Of a DNA stretch of 64,000 nt, positions 37,273-46,533 are shown in pieces; position 1 is the first letter of the stretch, and every line of letters starts with the position of its first letter. The notes beneath the pieces are model-generated. The model saw nothing but the letters and a program-made list of their open reading frames with translations. It did not search any database and was not told the DNA's origin. The position numbers and the translations under genes are program-made. The stretch is from NCBI GenBank assembly GCA_017513085.1, contig JAFWDK010000018.1, positions 1-64,000 of the forward strand, read 5' to 3'. This DNA comes from Clostridiales bacterium. Lineage in GTDB: Bacteria > Bacillota > Clostridia > Saccharofermentanales > Saccharofermentanaceae.

Positions 37273-37995
37273 TCAGTCCTTGCGCTCGTTTTCATTTGTG
37301 AAGCACTCCCGGAAACGCCCGGAAAAACCAGGTTCCTGCCCAGCTGCATATAAGTGAGAAGTATCGCCAAAAGAAAGCATACGGAATTGCGCGATCCCCG
37401 CTCTACGTTCCTCTGTCACAACCGTTGTAATTGATGTCGGCGCCGCCATCGTTGCATGCCATAATACAAATGGTGAAAGATTTAAAAGATACGACAAAAG
37501 CACGCACTCCAAGCCGAAATGGCAAAAAAACACGATCGTATCATTATTCGGCGCCAATGCCCGGAAAAGCTTTCCTTCCTTCTTGTACCCGTGTTCGGAA
37601 AGAAACCGGTCAAATTCAGAATAGATCCAGTCGATTTCTTCTTTTACCTTTGCATCTTGAAAGGCAGGATACTCCGTCCAACGGTCCGGATCAAATGCAT
37701 ACGGCATATTCATCCAATCAGAGGGTACCCAGTCCCAGGCTACACCGAGCTTTTCAGGCCGTTGCACCTTAGGTGCAAACTCACGAAGCCACAGGAGCTC
37801 CTCTGCCTCCATATTCATCTTCTTTAGACAAGGCTCTGCCGTCTGCTTTGCACGACCCAGTGGCGAGCAGAAACAAGCATCTGCTTTAACATTTTTCATT
37901 CTCTCGGAAAGAAGCTCTGCTTCACGCTTGCCGGTCTCTGTCAGACTATCGTTGACATAATCCGGATCGCCATGTCGAACGATCAAAAATTTCAT
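37273..37995 (-). CDS. Histidine phosphatase (phosphoglycerate mutase-like) family protein
   Basis: VRHGDP, SPLGRAKQT, LRE and FCHFG. Confidence 0.9.
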   Translation of the reverse strand: MKFLIVRHGDPDYVNDSLTETGKREAELLSERMKNVKADACFCSPLGRAKQTAEPCLKKMNMEAEELLWLREFAPKVQRPEKLGVAWDWVPSDWMNMPYAFDPDRWTEYPAFQDAKVKEEIDWIYSEFDRFLSEHGYKKEGKLFRALAPNNDTIVFFCHFGLECVLLSYLLNLSPFVLWHATMAAPTSITTVVTEERRAGIAQFRMLSFGDTSHLYAAGQEPGFSGRFRECFTNENERKD

Positions 37996-38086
37996 ATATA
38001 AACCCTCATTTCGTTTCTTATCTTAACTTATTCTATCAAATAACATCATAAGGAAAAGACTTGACATCAGGCACAGATTGGACAAC

Positions 38087-38114
38087 AAAAAAGGACTGTC
38101 CGAAGACAGTCCTT
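38087..38114 (-). terminator. Intrinsic terminator after tsf
   Basis: AAGGACTGTC-TTCG-GACAGTCCTT-TTTT (cUUCGg loop). Confidence 0.9.
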
Positions 38115-38136
38115 CTCTCGTTATTGTTTGCTTAGA

Positions 38137-39075
38137 TTACTTGATCTGCTTCATAACTTCTTCAGCAAAGTTCTCTTCCTTCTTGGCAATACCCTCGCCC
38201 ATTTCGAAGCGGGTAAAGCGGCGGATGGAAATGTTCTGACCCATAGCAGAAGACTTCTCCTTAGTGTATGTAGCGATAGACTTGGAATCATCCTTAACGA
38301 ATTCCTGCTCTACGAGGCAGTTCTCTTTGTAGAACTTCTCGATGTTACCAGGAAGGATTCTCTCTCTGATGATCTTCTCCGGCTTACCTTCGTTGAGGTT
38401 CTTGTTAATGATGATCTCTGTTTCTTTCTCGATTTCCTCAGCCGGAACATCTTCACGTGTGAGCCACTTCGGATTAGCAGCAGCGATCTGCATAGCGATA
38501 TCCTTAGCGAAGTCAGCGAACTCAGGCTTTGTGATAACGGAATCGTCATCAGTAGCGAGATCAACGAATACACCGATCTTACCACCCATATGGATGTAAG
38601 AAGCAACAGCGCCGTTGCCTTCTACTTCATATACAACAAATCTTCTGATAGAAGTATTCTCTCCGATATCAGCGATAGCTTCCTTCTGGAAGAGCTCTAC
38701 TGTCTTAGACTCATCATTGAAAAGTGTCTGAGCCATAAGATCTTCAACAGAAGCCGGCTTCTTAGCAAGAATGTGATTCGCAACTGTATCTGCAAAAGCC
38801 TTGAACTTATCTGTGTTCGCAGCAAAGTCTGTCTCGATGTTGATCTCAACAAGAACACCGGACTTCTTGTCGTCAGCGATCTTAGCGATTACTGCGCCCT
38901 CTGCAGCAACTCTAGCGGACTTCTTCTCAGCCTTAGCGATACCCTTTTCACGAAGCCATGCAACTGCCTTCTCAATATCTCCATCAGACTCCTGAAGAGC
39001 TCTCTTACAATCCATAATACCGGAACCAGTCATATCGCGAAGTTCCTTGACCTGTGCAGCACTAATGTCAGCCAT
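38137..39075 (-). CDS. tsf: Elongation factor Ts
   Basis: VKELRDMTGSGIMDCK, AAEG, ETDF and SYIH. Confidence 0.98.
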   Translation of the reverse strand: MADISAAQVKELRDMTGSGIMDCKRALQESDGDIEKAVAWLREKGIAKAEKKSARVAAEGAVIAKIADDKKSGVLVEINIETDFAANTDKFKAFADTVANHILAKKPASVEDLMAQTLFNDESKTVELFQKEAIADIGENTSIRRFVVYEVEGNGAVASYIHMGGKIGVFVDLATDDDSVITKPEFADFAKDIAMQIAAANPKWLTREDVPAEEIEKETEIIINKNLNEGKPEKIIRERILPGNIEKFYKENCLVEQEFVKDDSKSIATYTKEKSSAMGQNISIRRFTRFEMGEGIAKKEENFAEEVMKQIK

Positions 39076-39132
39076 AGTTATATCCTCCGTATTTTCTATT
39101 TATTCTTATCTAGTTTAAATGTTGATCCGGAA

Positions 39133-39894
39133 TTAAGCTTCCTCAGCAGTAGCTTCCTCAGCAGCAGCTTCCTCAGCAACCTCTTCCTCAGCAGCAGCCG
39201 GAACATCGATCTGCTCGCCCTGACGGCCTTCGAGAACAGCATCAGCAATGTGACCTGCAATCAGCTTTACCGCACGGATAGCATCATCGTTACCCGGAAT
39301 AACATAATCAACTTCTTCCGGATCACAGTTTGTATCAACGATAGCAACTACCGGGATACCAAGACGCTTAGCTTCAGCAACAGCCAGGTGCTCCTTCTTT
39401 GTATCTACAACAAAGAGGCAAGCCGGCAGGTTCTTCATGCCCTGGATACCACCAAGGTTCTTCTCGAGCTTTTCCATCTCGAGCTTAAGCTTAGCAACTT
39501 CCTTCTTTGTACGAAGATCAAAAGATCCGTCCTCGCTCATGATCTTGAGCTCAGCAAGACGTGCAAGACGCTTCTCGATTGTCTTAAAGTTTGTGAGTGT
39601 ACCACCGAGCCAACGGTTGTTGATGAAGTACATGTTGCAACGAACAGCTTCTTCAGAGATAGAATCCTGAGCCTGCTTCTTAGTACCTACGAAAAGAACA
39701 TTACCGCCGTCTGCAGCGATGGAACGTACGAAATCGTATGCTTCCTCGATCTTCTTAACTGTCTTCTGCAGGTCGATGATGTGAATGTTGTTGCGCTCCG
39801 TAAAGATGTACTCAGCCATCTTCGGGTTCCAACGACGGGTCTGGTGGCCGAAATGCACACCTGCTTCAAGAAGCTGCTTCATAGAAATAGACAT
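39133..39894 (-). CDS. rpsB: 30S ribosomal protein S2
   Basis: [22 protein letters not shown] and IPGNDD; start MSISM after AGGAGG. Confidence 0.98.
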   Translation of the reverse strand: MSISMKQLLEAGVHFGHQTRRWNPKMAEYIFTERNNIHIIDLQKTVKKIEEAYDFVRSIAADGGNVLFVGTKKQAQDSISEEAVRCNMYFINNRWLGGTLTNFKTIEKRLARLAELKIMSEDGSFDLRTKKEVAKLKLEMEKLEKNLGGIQGMKNLPACLFVVDTKKEHLAVAEAKRLGIPVVAIVDTNCDPEEVDYVIPGNDDAIRAVKLIAGHIADAVLEGRQGEQIDVPAAAEEEVAEEAAAEEATAEEA

Positions 39895-39914
39895 AATTAA
39901 ATTCCTCCTGTTTT

Positions 39915-39978
39915 GTCTCTTCCACAGGACTGACTCCTTCATCCGGAGAACAAAAGAAACGCCTGTGTGTTTTTTAGC
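39915..39978 (-). promoter_or_regulatory. Putative rpsB (S2/t44-like) leader RNA
   Basis: ACACACAGG...CCTGTGGA closing helix, resembling the conserved ACACAC...GUGGA ends of rpsB leaders. Confidence 0.6.
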
Positions 39979-39984
39979 CTCATA

Positions 39985-40013
39985 ATGTTACAATAAAGAA
40001 GCAATGTTGGCAA
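39985..40013 (-). promoter_or_regulatory. sigma-A promoter of rpsB-tsf
   Basis: TTGCCA-17nt-TAACAT. Confidence 0.65.
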
Positions 40014-40074
40014 GCGTTTTTCGAGAAAAATTTGCCAAAAATACTGAAATTATTATGTTTTAGGAGGATTTTCC

Positions 40075-41412
40075 ATGAACAGACTCACCGATAGCGAGAA
40101 AACGCGTTATAACAAGATACTTTCCGAACTTGTATCCATCCGCAGCGAAAAAGGCGAAGAAGCCATCGACGCTCCATACGGCATCGCTCCTAAACAGGCT
40201 TTATCCTATCTTCTTTCTCTCGCAGAGAAAGATGGCTTCATTACCGAAAACGTCGGAAACAAGGCCGGATATATACAGTGGGGTTCAAAAGGTCCTCTGG
40301 TGGCAGTGCTGGGCCATCTTGACGTCGTCCCGGAAGGATCCGGCTGGAAGACGCCTGCCTTTTCACTCGACAGCAGTTCCGATTACTTCATCGGACGCGG
40401 AGTAGTAGACGATAAAGGTCCTGTCGTAAGTACCTATATGGCGCTTTGCCGCTTAAAAGAAAAGTATCCGGATCCGAACTGCCGTTTCCGTCTCATCTTC
40501 GGTACTGACGAAGAAAACGGTTCTTCATGCATGGAGCGCTACTGTGAAACGGAAGAGATCCCGGATATCGGCTTCACACCGGACGCCGAGTTCCCTTGCA
40601 TCTATGCAGAAAAAGGCATCTATCAGATGCATTTCGAAGGAACCACGACCGATAAGTTCACGCTTCACGGCGGAAATGCAGCCAATATGGTACCGGCCTA
40701 TTGCGAGTGTATCGATTTTGCCGCAGATAAAGGAATCAGCGCAGACGGACTTCAGGCTCACGCCTCCCATCCGGATATGGGTATCAACGCAATCGACCTT
40801 ATGCTTTCGAAAATGCCGGAAGACTATGTCAATTCGACTTCTCTTCTCTCTCTGATGAAGAAGTACTTCAGCAAGTCTTCTTCAACACCATTTAGTCAGT
40901 TCTTCCCGGAAGACGAGTCCGGAAAAATGACTACCAATGTCGGTATGGTATCGATCAACGCCTCAACGGCAAGACTTCATGTCGATATCCGTTTCCCGGT
41001 CACAGTCCCGACCGAGGCCGTTACAGCCAAGCTTCAGGAAATAGCGGATGAATTCGGATGTAAAGTCGTAGACGATTCCGTCTTACCGCCGCTTTTTAAA
41101 GATAAGAAGTCCGAACAGATCTCCGTTCTTACGAATATCTACGCAGGTTACAGAGAACTCTTTGCTTACGAGGCTGAGGAAGAAGCACTTCGTGAGAAAT
41201 ACCTATCCGAAGAACCGGAAGCCATCGCGATCGGCGGCGGCACATATGCGCGCACAATGGCAAATATCGTTGCTTTCGGTCCACAACTTCCCTGGAATAA
41301 AGACCAGTGTCACCAGGCCAATGAAAAAATGCTCAAAGAAAACCTGTACCTCCTCGTACCGATGTACGAAGAGGCACTGGAAAAGCTTTCTTCAGCTGTA
41401 ATAAAGGATTAA
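40075..41412 (+). CDS. M20 family dipeptidase (PepV/Sapep-like)
   Basis: GHLDVVP, GRGVVDDKGP, GTDEE, FTPDAEFP, EKG, GGGTYAR and HQANE. Confidence 0.92.
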   Translation: MNRLTDSEKTRYNKILSELVSIRSEKGEEAIDAPYGIAPKQALSYLLSLAEKDGFITENVGNKAGYIQWGSKGPLVAVLGHLDVVPEGSGWKTPAFSLDSSSDYFIGRGVVDDKGPVVSTYMALCRLKEKYPDPNCRFRLIFGTDEENGSSCMERYCETEEIPDIGFTPDAEFPCIYAEKGIYQMHFEGTTTDKFTLHGGNAANMVPAYCECIDFAADKGISADGLQAHASHPDMGINAIDLMLSKMPEDYVNSTSLLSLMKKYFSKSSSTPFSQFFPEDESGKMTTNVGMVSINASTARLHVDIRFPVTVPTEAVTAKLQEIADEFGCKVVDDSVLPPLFKDKKSEQISVLTNIYAGYRELFAYEAEEEALREKYLSEEPEAIAIGGGTYARTMANIVAFGPQLPWNKDQCHQANEKMLKENLYLLVPMYEEALEKLSSAVIKD

Positions 41413-43130
41413 ATATACCTTCTTACGGTTACCACATATCCCATTGGCAAACAATCTTCGACGATGCAGCCGTTTGCGGAAGATGCATGGACAATAACTC
41501 CGCCACCGCAGTAGAGGCTTACATGATCCACCGTGCCGTCACTGTTGTAGTCGTGGCAAAGAACATCTCCGGCTTTCAGACTCTGTCCGGAAACATCAGT
41601 GCCCATCTCGGCCATGGCAGCTGACTGATGCGGAAGTGATATTCCGTAATAATGTGCATAAACATACATCACGAATCCGGAACAATCCAGGCCTTCTTCC
41701 GGCGAGGAACCGGTATAGTTATACGGGATACCGATAAATGCTCGGGCATATTCAACCAGGCTGCATGTAGAAGGATCCGGAATCTTGATCGGCTTAGGAG
41801 TCGGCTTCGGCGCAGGAGTCGGTGTAGGCTCTGCCGGTGGTTCCGGAGTAGGCGTCGGATCCTGGTTCCCGGTCTCAGGAGTCGGTGTCGGATCCTTCTT
41901 GGACGGCACAGGCGTAGGCGTCGGAGACGGCTTATGCATCGGATCCGGAGAAACCAGTTCCGCGCTGACATATCCACCTCCATCGAGTCTAAACCAGCCA
42001 TTGGTCGTCTTAGCCACTACATAGACCTTCTCGTTTTCGACAAGTTTTCTCAATACATCGTAATCTGTACCAGGACCGGATCTTACGTTGACATCTCCGA
42101 TCGAGTAGAACGTACCATAGAACTCTTCTTCACCCGGCTTGCTCGGAGCAGGCGTCGGAGTCGGAAGCTCAGGCTCCGGGGTCGGCGTCGGATCTTCCGG
42201 CACAGGTGTTGGAGATGGTGTCGGCGACGGGGTAGGAGTTGCCGTTACCGGTGGCGCAACAGGTTCATCCGTCAGCATGCTTCCGCTCACATATCCGCCG
42301 GTCGCAAGCTTGAACCAGCCATTGTCCGTCTTTGCAACAACTTCAACTTTCTCGTTTTCCGTCAAACGACCGATCACTTCATAATTCTTGCCCGGACCAC
42401 TTCTGACATTTACCTCACCAACCGAATAAAGCGTACCGGTCCATGGTATTTCTTCAGCAGGTGCCGGCGTCGGAGTCGGTTCAGGAGTCGGCGTCGGAGT
42501 AGGCGTTTCAATCTTTATCTTCGGATCAGGAGTCGGAGATGGTAATTCAGTCTCCGGCACTTGAGAAGAAAGATCCGTAGAGATCACATAACCACGGAAT
42601 GTCTCATCAGAATCCGGAACCGAATACTGAACATACGACCATACTGTTCCCATGCTTAGACGCTGGACCGAAGCATCCTTTTCAAGCGAAAGAATGACCT
42701 GGCTCTTATTATCAGCCTTAACATGCAGATCAGATGATTCTTTGGCAACATAAAGCTGATCGTCTGTCTCGGTAAAAGCACTCTCATCGAGCATCTCAAG
42801 TACCATACCGTCACGGTCCTTCTGCTCAATGATCATAAAAGTATTCTCTTTAACAACATCAATCGATGCTTCTTCAATTTCAGGCTTCAGATCAATAAAA
42901 TGAACATTGGAATTTTCACCTGTTCCTGAAGAATCCGGGAGTGTGGCTTCCACCGGAACCTGAAGACTGATATCCGACGCATGGCCAATAGAAAGCACAG
43001 GAGTCGATACGGCAACCATAGACGACACCAAGAACAAAGACAGCATCTTCACCGTTCTGCGCGGATTGCGCGGTGCAGAATAATGCTTCCTTACTATTTC
43101 CAAGTTTTCATCATGTATATGCTTCTTCAA
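41409..43130 (-). CDS. Cell-wall endopeptidase: SH3b repeats, Pro/Thr linkers, C-terminal NlpC/P60
   Basis: VNVRSGPG twice (plus one degenerate SH3b); catalytic DCSG, DHVSLY and VHASS. Likely TTG start at 43130 after GGAGG. Confidence 0.92.
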   Translation of the reverse strand: MKKHIHDENLEIVRKHYSAPRNPRRTVKMLSLFLVSSMVAVSTPVLSIGHASDISLQVPVEATLPDSSGTGENSNVHFIDLKPEIEEASIDVVKENTFMIIEQKDRDGMVLEMLDESAFTETDDQLYVAKESSDLHVKADNKSQVILSLEKDASVQRLSMGTVWSYVQYSVPDSDETFRGYVISTDLSSQVPETELPSPTPDPKIKIETPTPTPTPEPTPTPAPAEEIPWTGTLYSVGEVNVRSGPGKNYEVIGRLTENEKVEVVAKTDNGWFKLATGGYVSGSMLTDEPVAPPVTATPTPSPTPSPTPVPEDPTPTPEPELPTPTPAPSKPGEEEFYGTFYSIGDVNVRSGPGTDYDVLRKLVENEKVYVVAKTTNGWFRLDGGGYVSAELVSPDPMHKPSPTPTPVPSKKDPTPTPETGNQDPTPTPEPPAEPTPTPAPKPTPKPIKIPDPSTCSLVEYARAFIGIPYNYTGSSPEEGLDCSGFVMYVYAHYYGISLPHQSAAMAEMGTDVSGQSLKAGDVLCHDYNSDGTVDHVSLYCGGGVIVHASSANGCIVEDCLPMGYVVTVRRYI

Positions 43131-43300
43131 ATGTACCTCCGTTTGTTTCAATCCCATCCCAAACTTATTTCATTTTAATTATAACCTAATAACCGAGCGT
43201 GCGGGGCTTTTGTGACACAACTGTAACATTAGAGGCCTTAAATTCACAAAGTGCACACATTCTGTTCTGATATTTTGAGTTACAAAATAATGTCAAAGAC

Positions 43301-43330
43301 AAAAAAGAGGTTGCCGTGTGGCAACCTCTT
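43301..43330 (-). terminator. Intrinsic terminator after ispH-rpsA
   Basis: AAGAGGTTGCC-ACAC-GGCAACCTCTT-TTTT. Confidence 0.9.
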
Positions 43331-43356
43331 GAAAAATCATTTGAATCAGAATCAGA

Positions 43357-45432
43357 TCACTCCGCTGCGTTCTCCGAAGCAGCCTCAGCAACCGGAGCCT
43401 CTTCAATTGCAGGAGCAGCTTCCTCAGCAGGAGCAGCCTCCTCAGCTTCCTCACCGGCTACAGGATTGATCGGAGCAACGTCCTTGATCGAGATGCTGAT
43501 ACGACGGGAAGCAGCATTGACATCAAGAACCTTTGCTTCAACTTCCATGCCCTCTTTCAAAACATCCTGCGGCTTGTTCAGGCGGACATCAGAAATCTGG
43601 GAAACATGGCACAGAGCATCAAGGTTTGGCTCAAGCTCAACAAATGCGCCGAACTGGAACATGCGGACAACTTTACCGCGAACGATCGCGCCAACCGGGA
43701 TACGCTCTTCGATGTTATAGAAAGGATCGTCTTCCGGCTTCTTGTAGCCAAGAGAGATTCTCTTCTTCTCAGGATCAAATTCCTTTACATAAACGTGTAC
43801 CGGATCACCTACAGAAACAACCTCCGAAGGATGACGGATACGGTTCCAGGAAAGCTCGGAAACATGGATGAGTCCATCCACACCGCCGATGTCTACGAAA
43901 GCACCGAAATCTGTAAGGCTTCTTACGACACCGTCATACTCCTTGCCTTCTTCGATGGAATTCCATACTTCTTCTGCCTTCGCCTTACGCTCATTGTTCA
44001 GAAGTGTACGTCTGGAACCGGAAACTCTCAAGCGGCGCTTCTCAGCATCGAACTGTGTGATCAATACTTCGATGGACTTGCCTTTGTATGCTTCCAGATC
44101 ATTAACCGTATTCAGTTCCAACTGTGTGCGGTGGATGTAAATATCTACTCCGCCGTAATTACCGATTACGCCATCTTTAACTACATTGGTGATCTTAACT
44201 GTAACCGGTGTCTTATTCTCATAAGCAGCTTCGATCTCAGCCTTATTCTTGCTGAAGTCTACATGAGACTTGGAAAGAACGATCTCTTTACCCATGTCCG
44301 TATTACGGATGCTGCGAACATATACTTCGATTTCTTGCTTCTCGTTGATTGCTTTGTCAAAGTCAAAATCAGGTTCGAACTCGTCTTTTGGAATCCTGCC
44401 TTCCGACTTATCATGGACATCTACATATACGAAATCGCCATCATAGGACGTCAATACTCCCTTCACTGTAGCGTTCTTTCGAAGCTGTGGAATGCTTTCA
44501 ATGTAATCGCCAAAATTAATGTCATTCGACTCTGGATTCGTGTTTACCCCGTTCTCACTCATGGTTTGGATAACCTCCCTGATAATACTGACCGGCGTTG
44601 ATGCTCCTGCTGTCACACCGATCCGCTTGATTTCCTTTTCCCTCCACATAGGAATAAGATCTCGAACATCTTCAGGTGTCCCGACAAGATATGTCAGCGC
44701 ACAACGATCTGAACATATGTCAAAAAGTTTCATTGTATTTGAGCTAGTCTTCGATCCTATGACGACCATAACATCGGAATTACTTGCCAAATCCGCAGTT
44801 TCTCTCTGCCTATTTTCAGTCGTACTACATATTGTACCAAATATTTGCTCTTTTGCAATTTTTTTCTGCACGAATTCACAAATTTTTTGGAATTCTTTAC
44901 TTGAAAATGTGGTTTGCGATACCCAAACAGAGTCATTTTCAATGTTTGAAAGGGCCAGACACTCTTCATAGGAAGAGACCACAGTGGCTGAATCTCTGCA
45001 CTCTCCGCAGATTCCAACCACTTCCGGATGGCCTTTTGTACCCGTTATATAAACCGGATGTCCTTCCTCGTCCGCTTTACGTACGATCTTATGTATCTTG
45101 TTTACAAAAGGACATGTGCAATCCACGATCCTGCAGTTTTTACGGGCCAGGACCTCTTCCACTCTCGGTGGCACACCATGTGCGCGGATCAGCACGATAC
45201 ATCCGTCGTCCACTTCTTCCGGCTCATGGACCAGAAGCATTCCTTTAGACAAAAGATCACCCACCACATTCTCGTTGTGAGTGATCTCGCCAAGCATATA
45301 GATCTTACTGTCTGCGTTTTCTTCGAGGATGGAATAGGCTGTTTTAACGGCATTTTCCACGCCAAAACAGAACCCGGATGATTTCGCTGATTGAATCGTC
45401 CAACCTTTCACTACTTTCTTTCCGCCTCTCAT
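43357..45432 (-). CDS. ispH: Bifunctional IspH (HMBPP reductase) / ribosomal protein S1 fusion
   Basis: GFCFGV, HN, RAHG, DCTCPFV, HPEV, TIC, SSNT and TAGASTP, followed in frame by four S1 domains (DFGAFVDIGGVDGLIHVSELSW). Confidence 0.95.
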   Translation of the reverse strand: MRGGKKVVKGWTIQSAKSSGFCFGVENAVKTAYSILEENADSKIYMLGEITHNENVVGDLLSKGMLLVHEPEEVDDGCIVLIRAHGVPPRVEEVLARKNCRIVDCTCPFVNKIHKIVRKADEEGHPVYITGTKGHPEVVGICGECRDSATVVSSYEECLALSNIENDSVWVSQTTFSSKEFQKICEFVQKKIAKEQIFGTICSTTENRQRETADLASNSDVMVVIGSKTSSNTMKLFDICSDRCALTYLVGTPEDVRDLIPMWREKEIKRIGVTAGASTPVSIIREVIQTMSENGVNTNPESNDINFGDYIESIPQLRKNATVKGVLTSYDGDFVYVDVHDKSEGRIPKDEFEPDFDFDKAINEKQEIEVYVRSIRNTDMGKEIVLSKSHVDFSKNKAEIEAAYENKTPVTVKITNVVKDGVIGNYGGVDIYIHRTQLELNTVNDLEAYKGKSIEVLITQFDAEKRRLRVSGSRRTLLNNERKAKAEEVWNSIEEGKEYDGVVRSLTDFGAFVDIGGVDGLIHVSELSWNRIRHPSEVVSVGDPVHVYVKEFDPEKKRISLGYKKPEDDPFYNIEERIPVGAIVRGKVVRMFQFGAFVELEPNLDALCHVSQISDVRLNKPQDVLKEGMEVEAKVLDVNAASRRISISIKDVAPINPVAGEEAEEAAPAEEAAPAIEEAPVAEAASENAAE

Positions 45433-46100
45433 TGATCCTTCATTACTCTTTCAAGCACGATATTGATCATATCGTCGATTGAAATGTGTGTCGTGTCGAT
45501 CTCGACCGCATCTTTCACCTTCACCAGAGGAGATGAAGCACGAGTCGTATCCTGATGGTCACGGTACTTGATATCACGAAGAACATCTTCAAATGTCTGA
45601 TCCGTTACACCCTTTGCCTGAAGCTCAGCCAATCTCCTTCTGGCACGCTCCTCCGCATCCGCAACCAGGAAAAACTTGTACTTAGCATCCGGAAAAACTT
45701 TGGAACCGATATCTCTTCCGTCGAGGATAACATTCTTGCCCTCTGAGATTTTTCTTTGCAGATCCACCATGGCTTCACGCACGCAAGGGATCGCCGACAC
45801 ATCGGAAGCCGCAACAGAAACGCCAGGCATACGGATCTCTTCAGAAACATCTTCTCCATCGAGCCAGACATGCTGCGCGCCTTCTTCATGGGTAATATCG
45901 ATATGAATATCTTTCATCATCTCTTCCACGGCCGCCTGATCTTTAGTAGAAATACCAAGTTTCAGTGCTTTGAGACCACAAGCACGGTACATGGCGCCGG
46001 TATCCAGATACAGGATCCCGAGTTTTCCGGCCACACCTTTAGCCATAGTGGATTTTCCGGATCCGGATGGGCCATCGATTGCAATCTGATAATATTCCAT
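45429..46100 (-). CDS. cmk: Cytidylate kinase
   Basis: AIDGPSGSGKST, DTGAMYR, DGRDIG and RDHQD; ATG 46100 after AAGGAGG. Confidence 0.97.
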   Translation of the reverse strand: MEYYQIAIDGPSGSGKSTMAKGVAGKLGILYLDTGAMYRACGLKALKLGISTKDQAAVEEMMKDIHIDITHEEGAQHVWLDGEDVSEEIRMPGVSVAASDVSAIPCVREAMVDLQRKISEGKNVILDGRDIGSKVFPDAKYKFFLVADAEERARRRLAELQAKGVTDQTFEDVLRDIKYRDHQDTTRASSPLVKVKDAVEIDTTHISIDDMINIVLERVMKDQ

Positions 46101-46113
46101 AATACGTTCCTCC

Positions 46114-46533
46114 TTAAATAGCACGGTGACCGAGACCGATCGCGATTTCATTCAAGTGCAGAAGTCCGATACCGAAATACACACAAACGCTGATATGATC
46201 GTTAAAACGTGCAATTCCGATCTTTCCTCCGACATTAAGGCCGATCGCCTTGGATGTGATCTGGGAAATCGCCTCACGAGCCGCGCCGGCCAGCGCACCT
46301 TCCTCATTATGATTATTTCCGATGATCCCTTCTCTTTGCGCGGCAACGACACATCTTTCAATGATCTTGGAAACCGACGAAATAAACTCTCCGCCGAAAT
46401 CGGCTGCAGTTGCAAGGATATTCTGTTCCTTCAAAGCATGCTTGAGGTCGCCCTCTTCTTCTCTGGTATTGGTCAGCGCAATGCGGATCGACGCGGATGC
46501 CGTAAGCTTACTGCTAGCGATCAGTTCTTTCAT
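46114..46533 (-). CDS. hutP: HutP-family protein (orphan)
   Basis: ATG 46533 after GAGGAGG; 139 aa; AADFGG, VAAQREGII, EEGALAGAAREA, NVGGKIGIAR and IGLGHR, as recalled for clostridial HutP-family proteins. Confidence 0.8.
   Translation of the reverse strand: MKELIASSKLTASASIRIALTNTREEEGDLKHALKEQNILATAADFGGEFISSVSKIIERCVVAAQREGIIGNNHNEEGALAGAAREAISQITSKAIGLNVGGKIGIARFNDHISVCVYFGIGLLHLNEIAIGLGHRAI

Noticed and set aside
38128-39900. 590-aa antisense ORF spanning tsf and rpsB
   Set aside because: Codon-aligned shadow of highly expressed genes that avoid TTA/CTA/TCA. It has no RBS or recognisable motif, and its Leu/Ser-rich composition is typical of shadows.
35805-43330. frr and rpsA terminators share the stem AAGAGGTTGCC
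   Set aside because: Only 11 bp in two copies, which is not enough to call a REP/MITE family.
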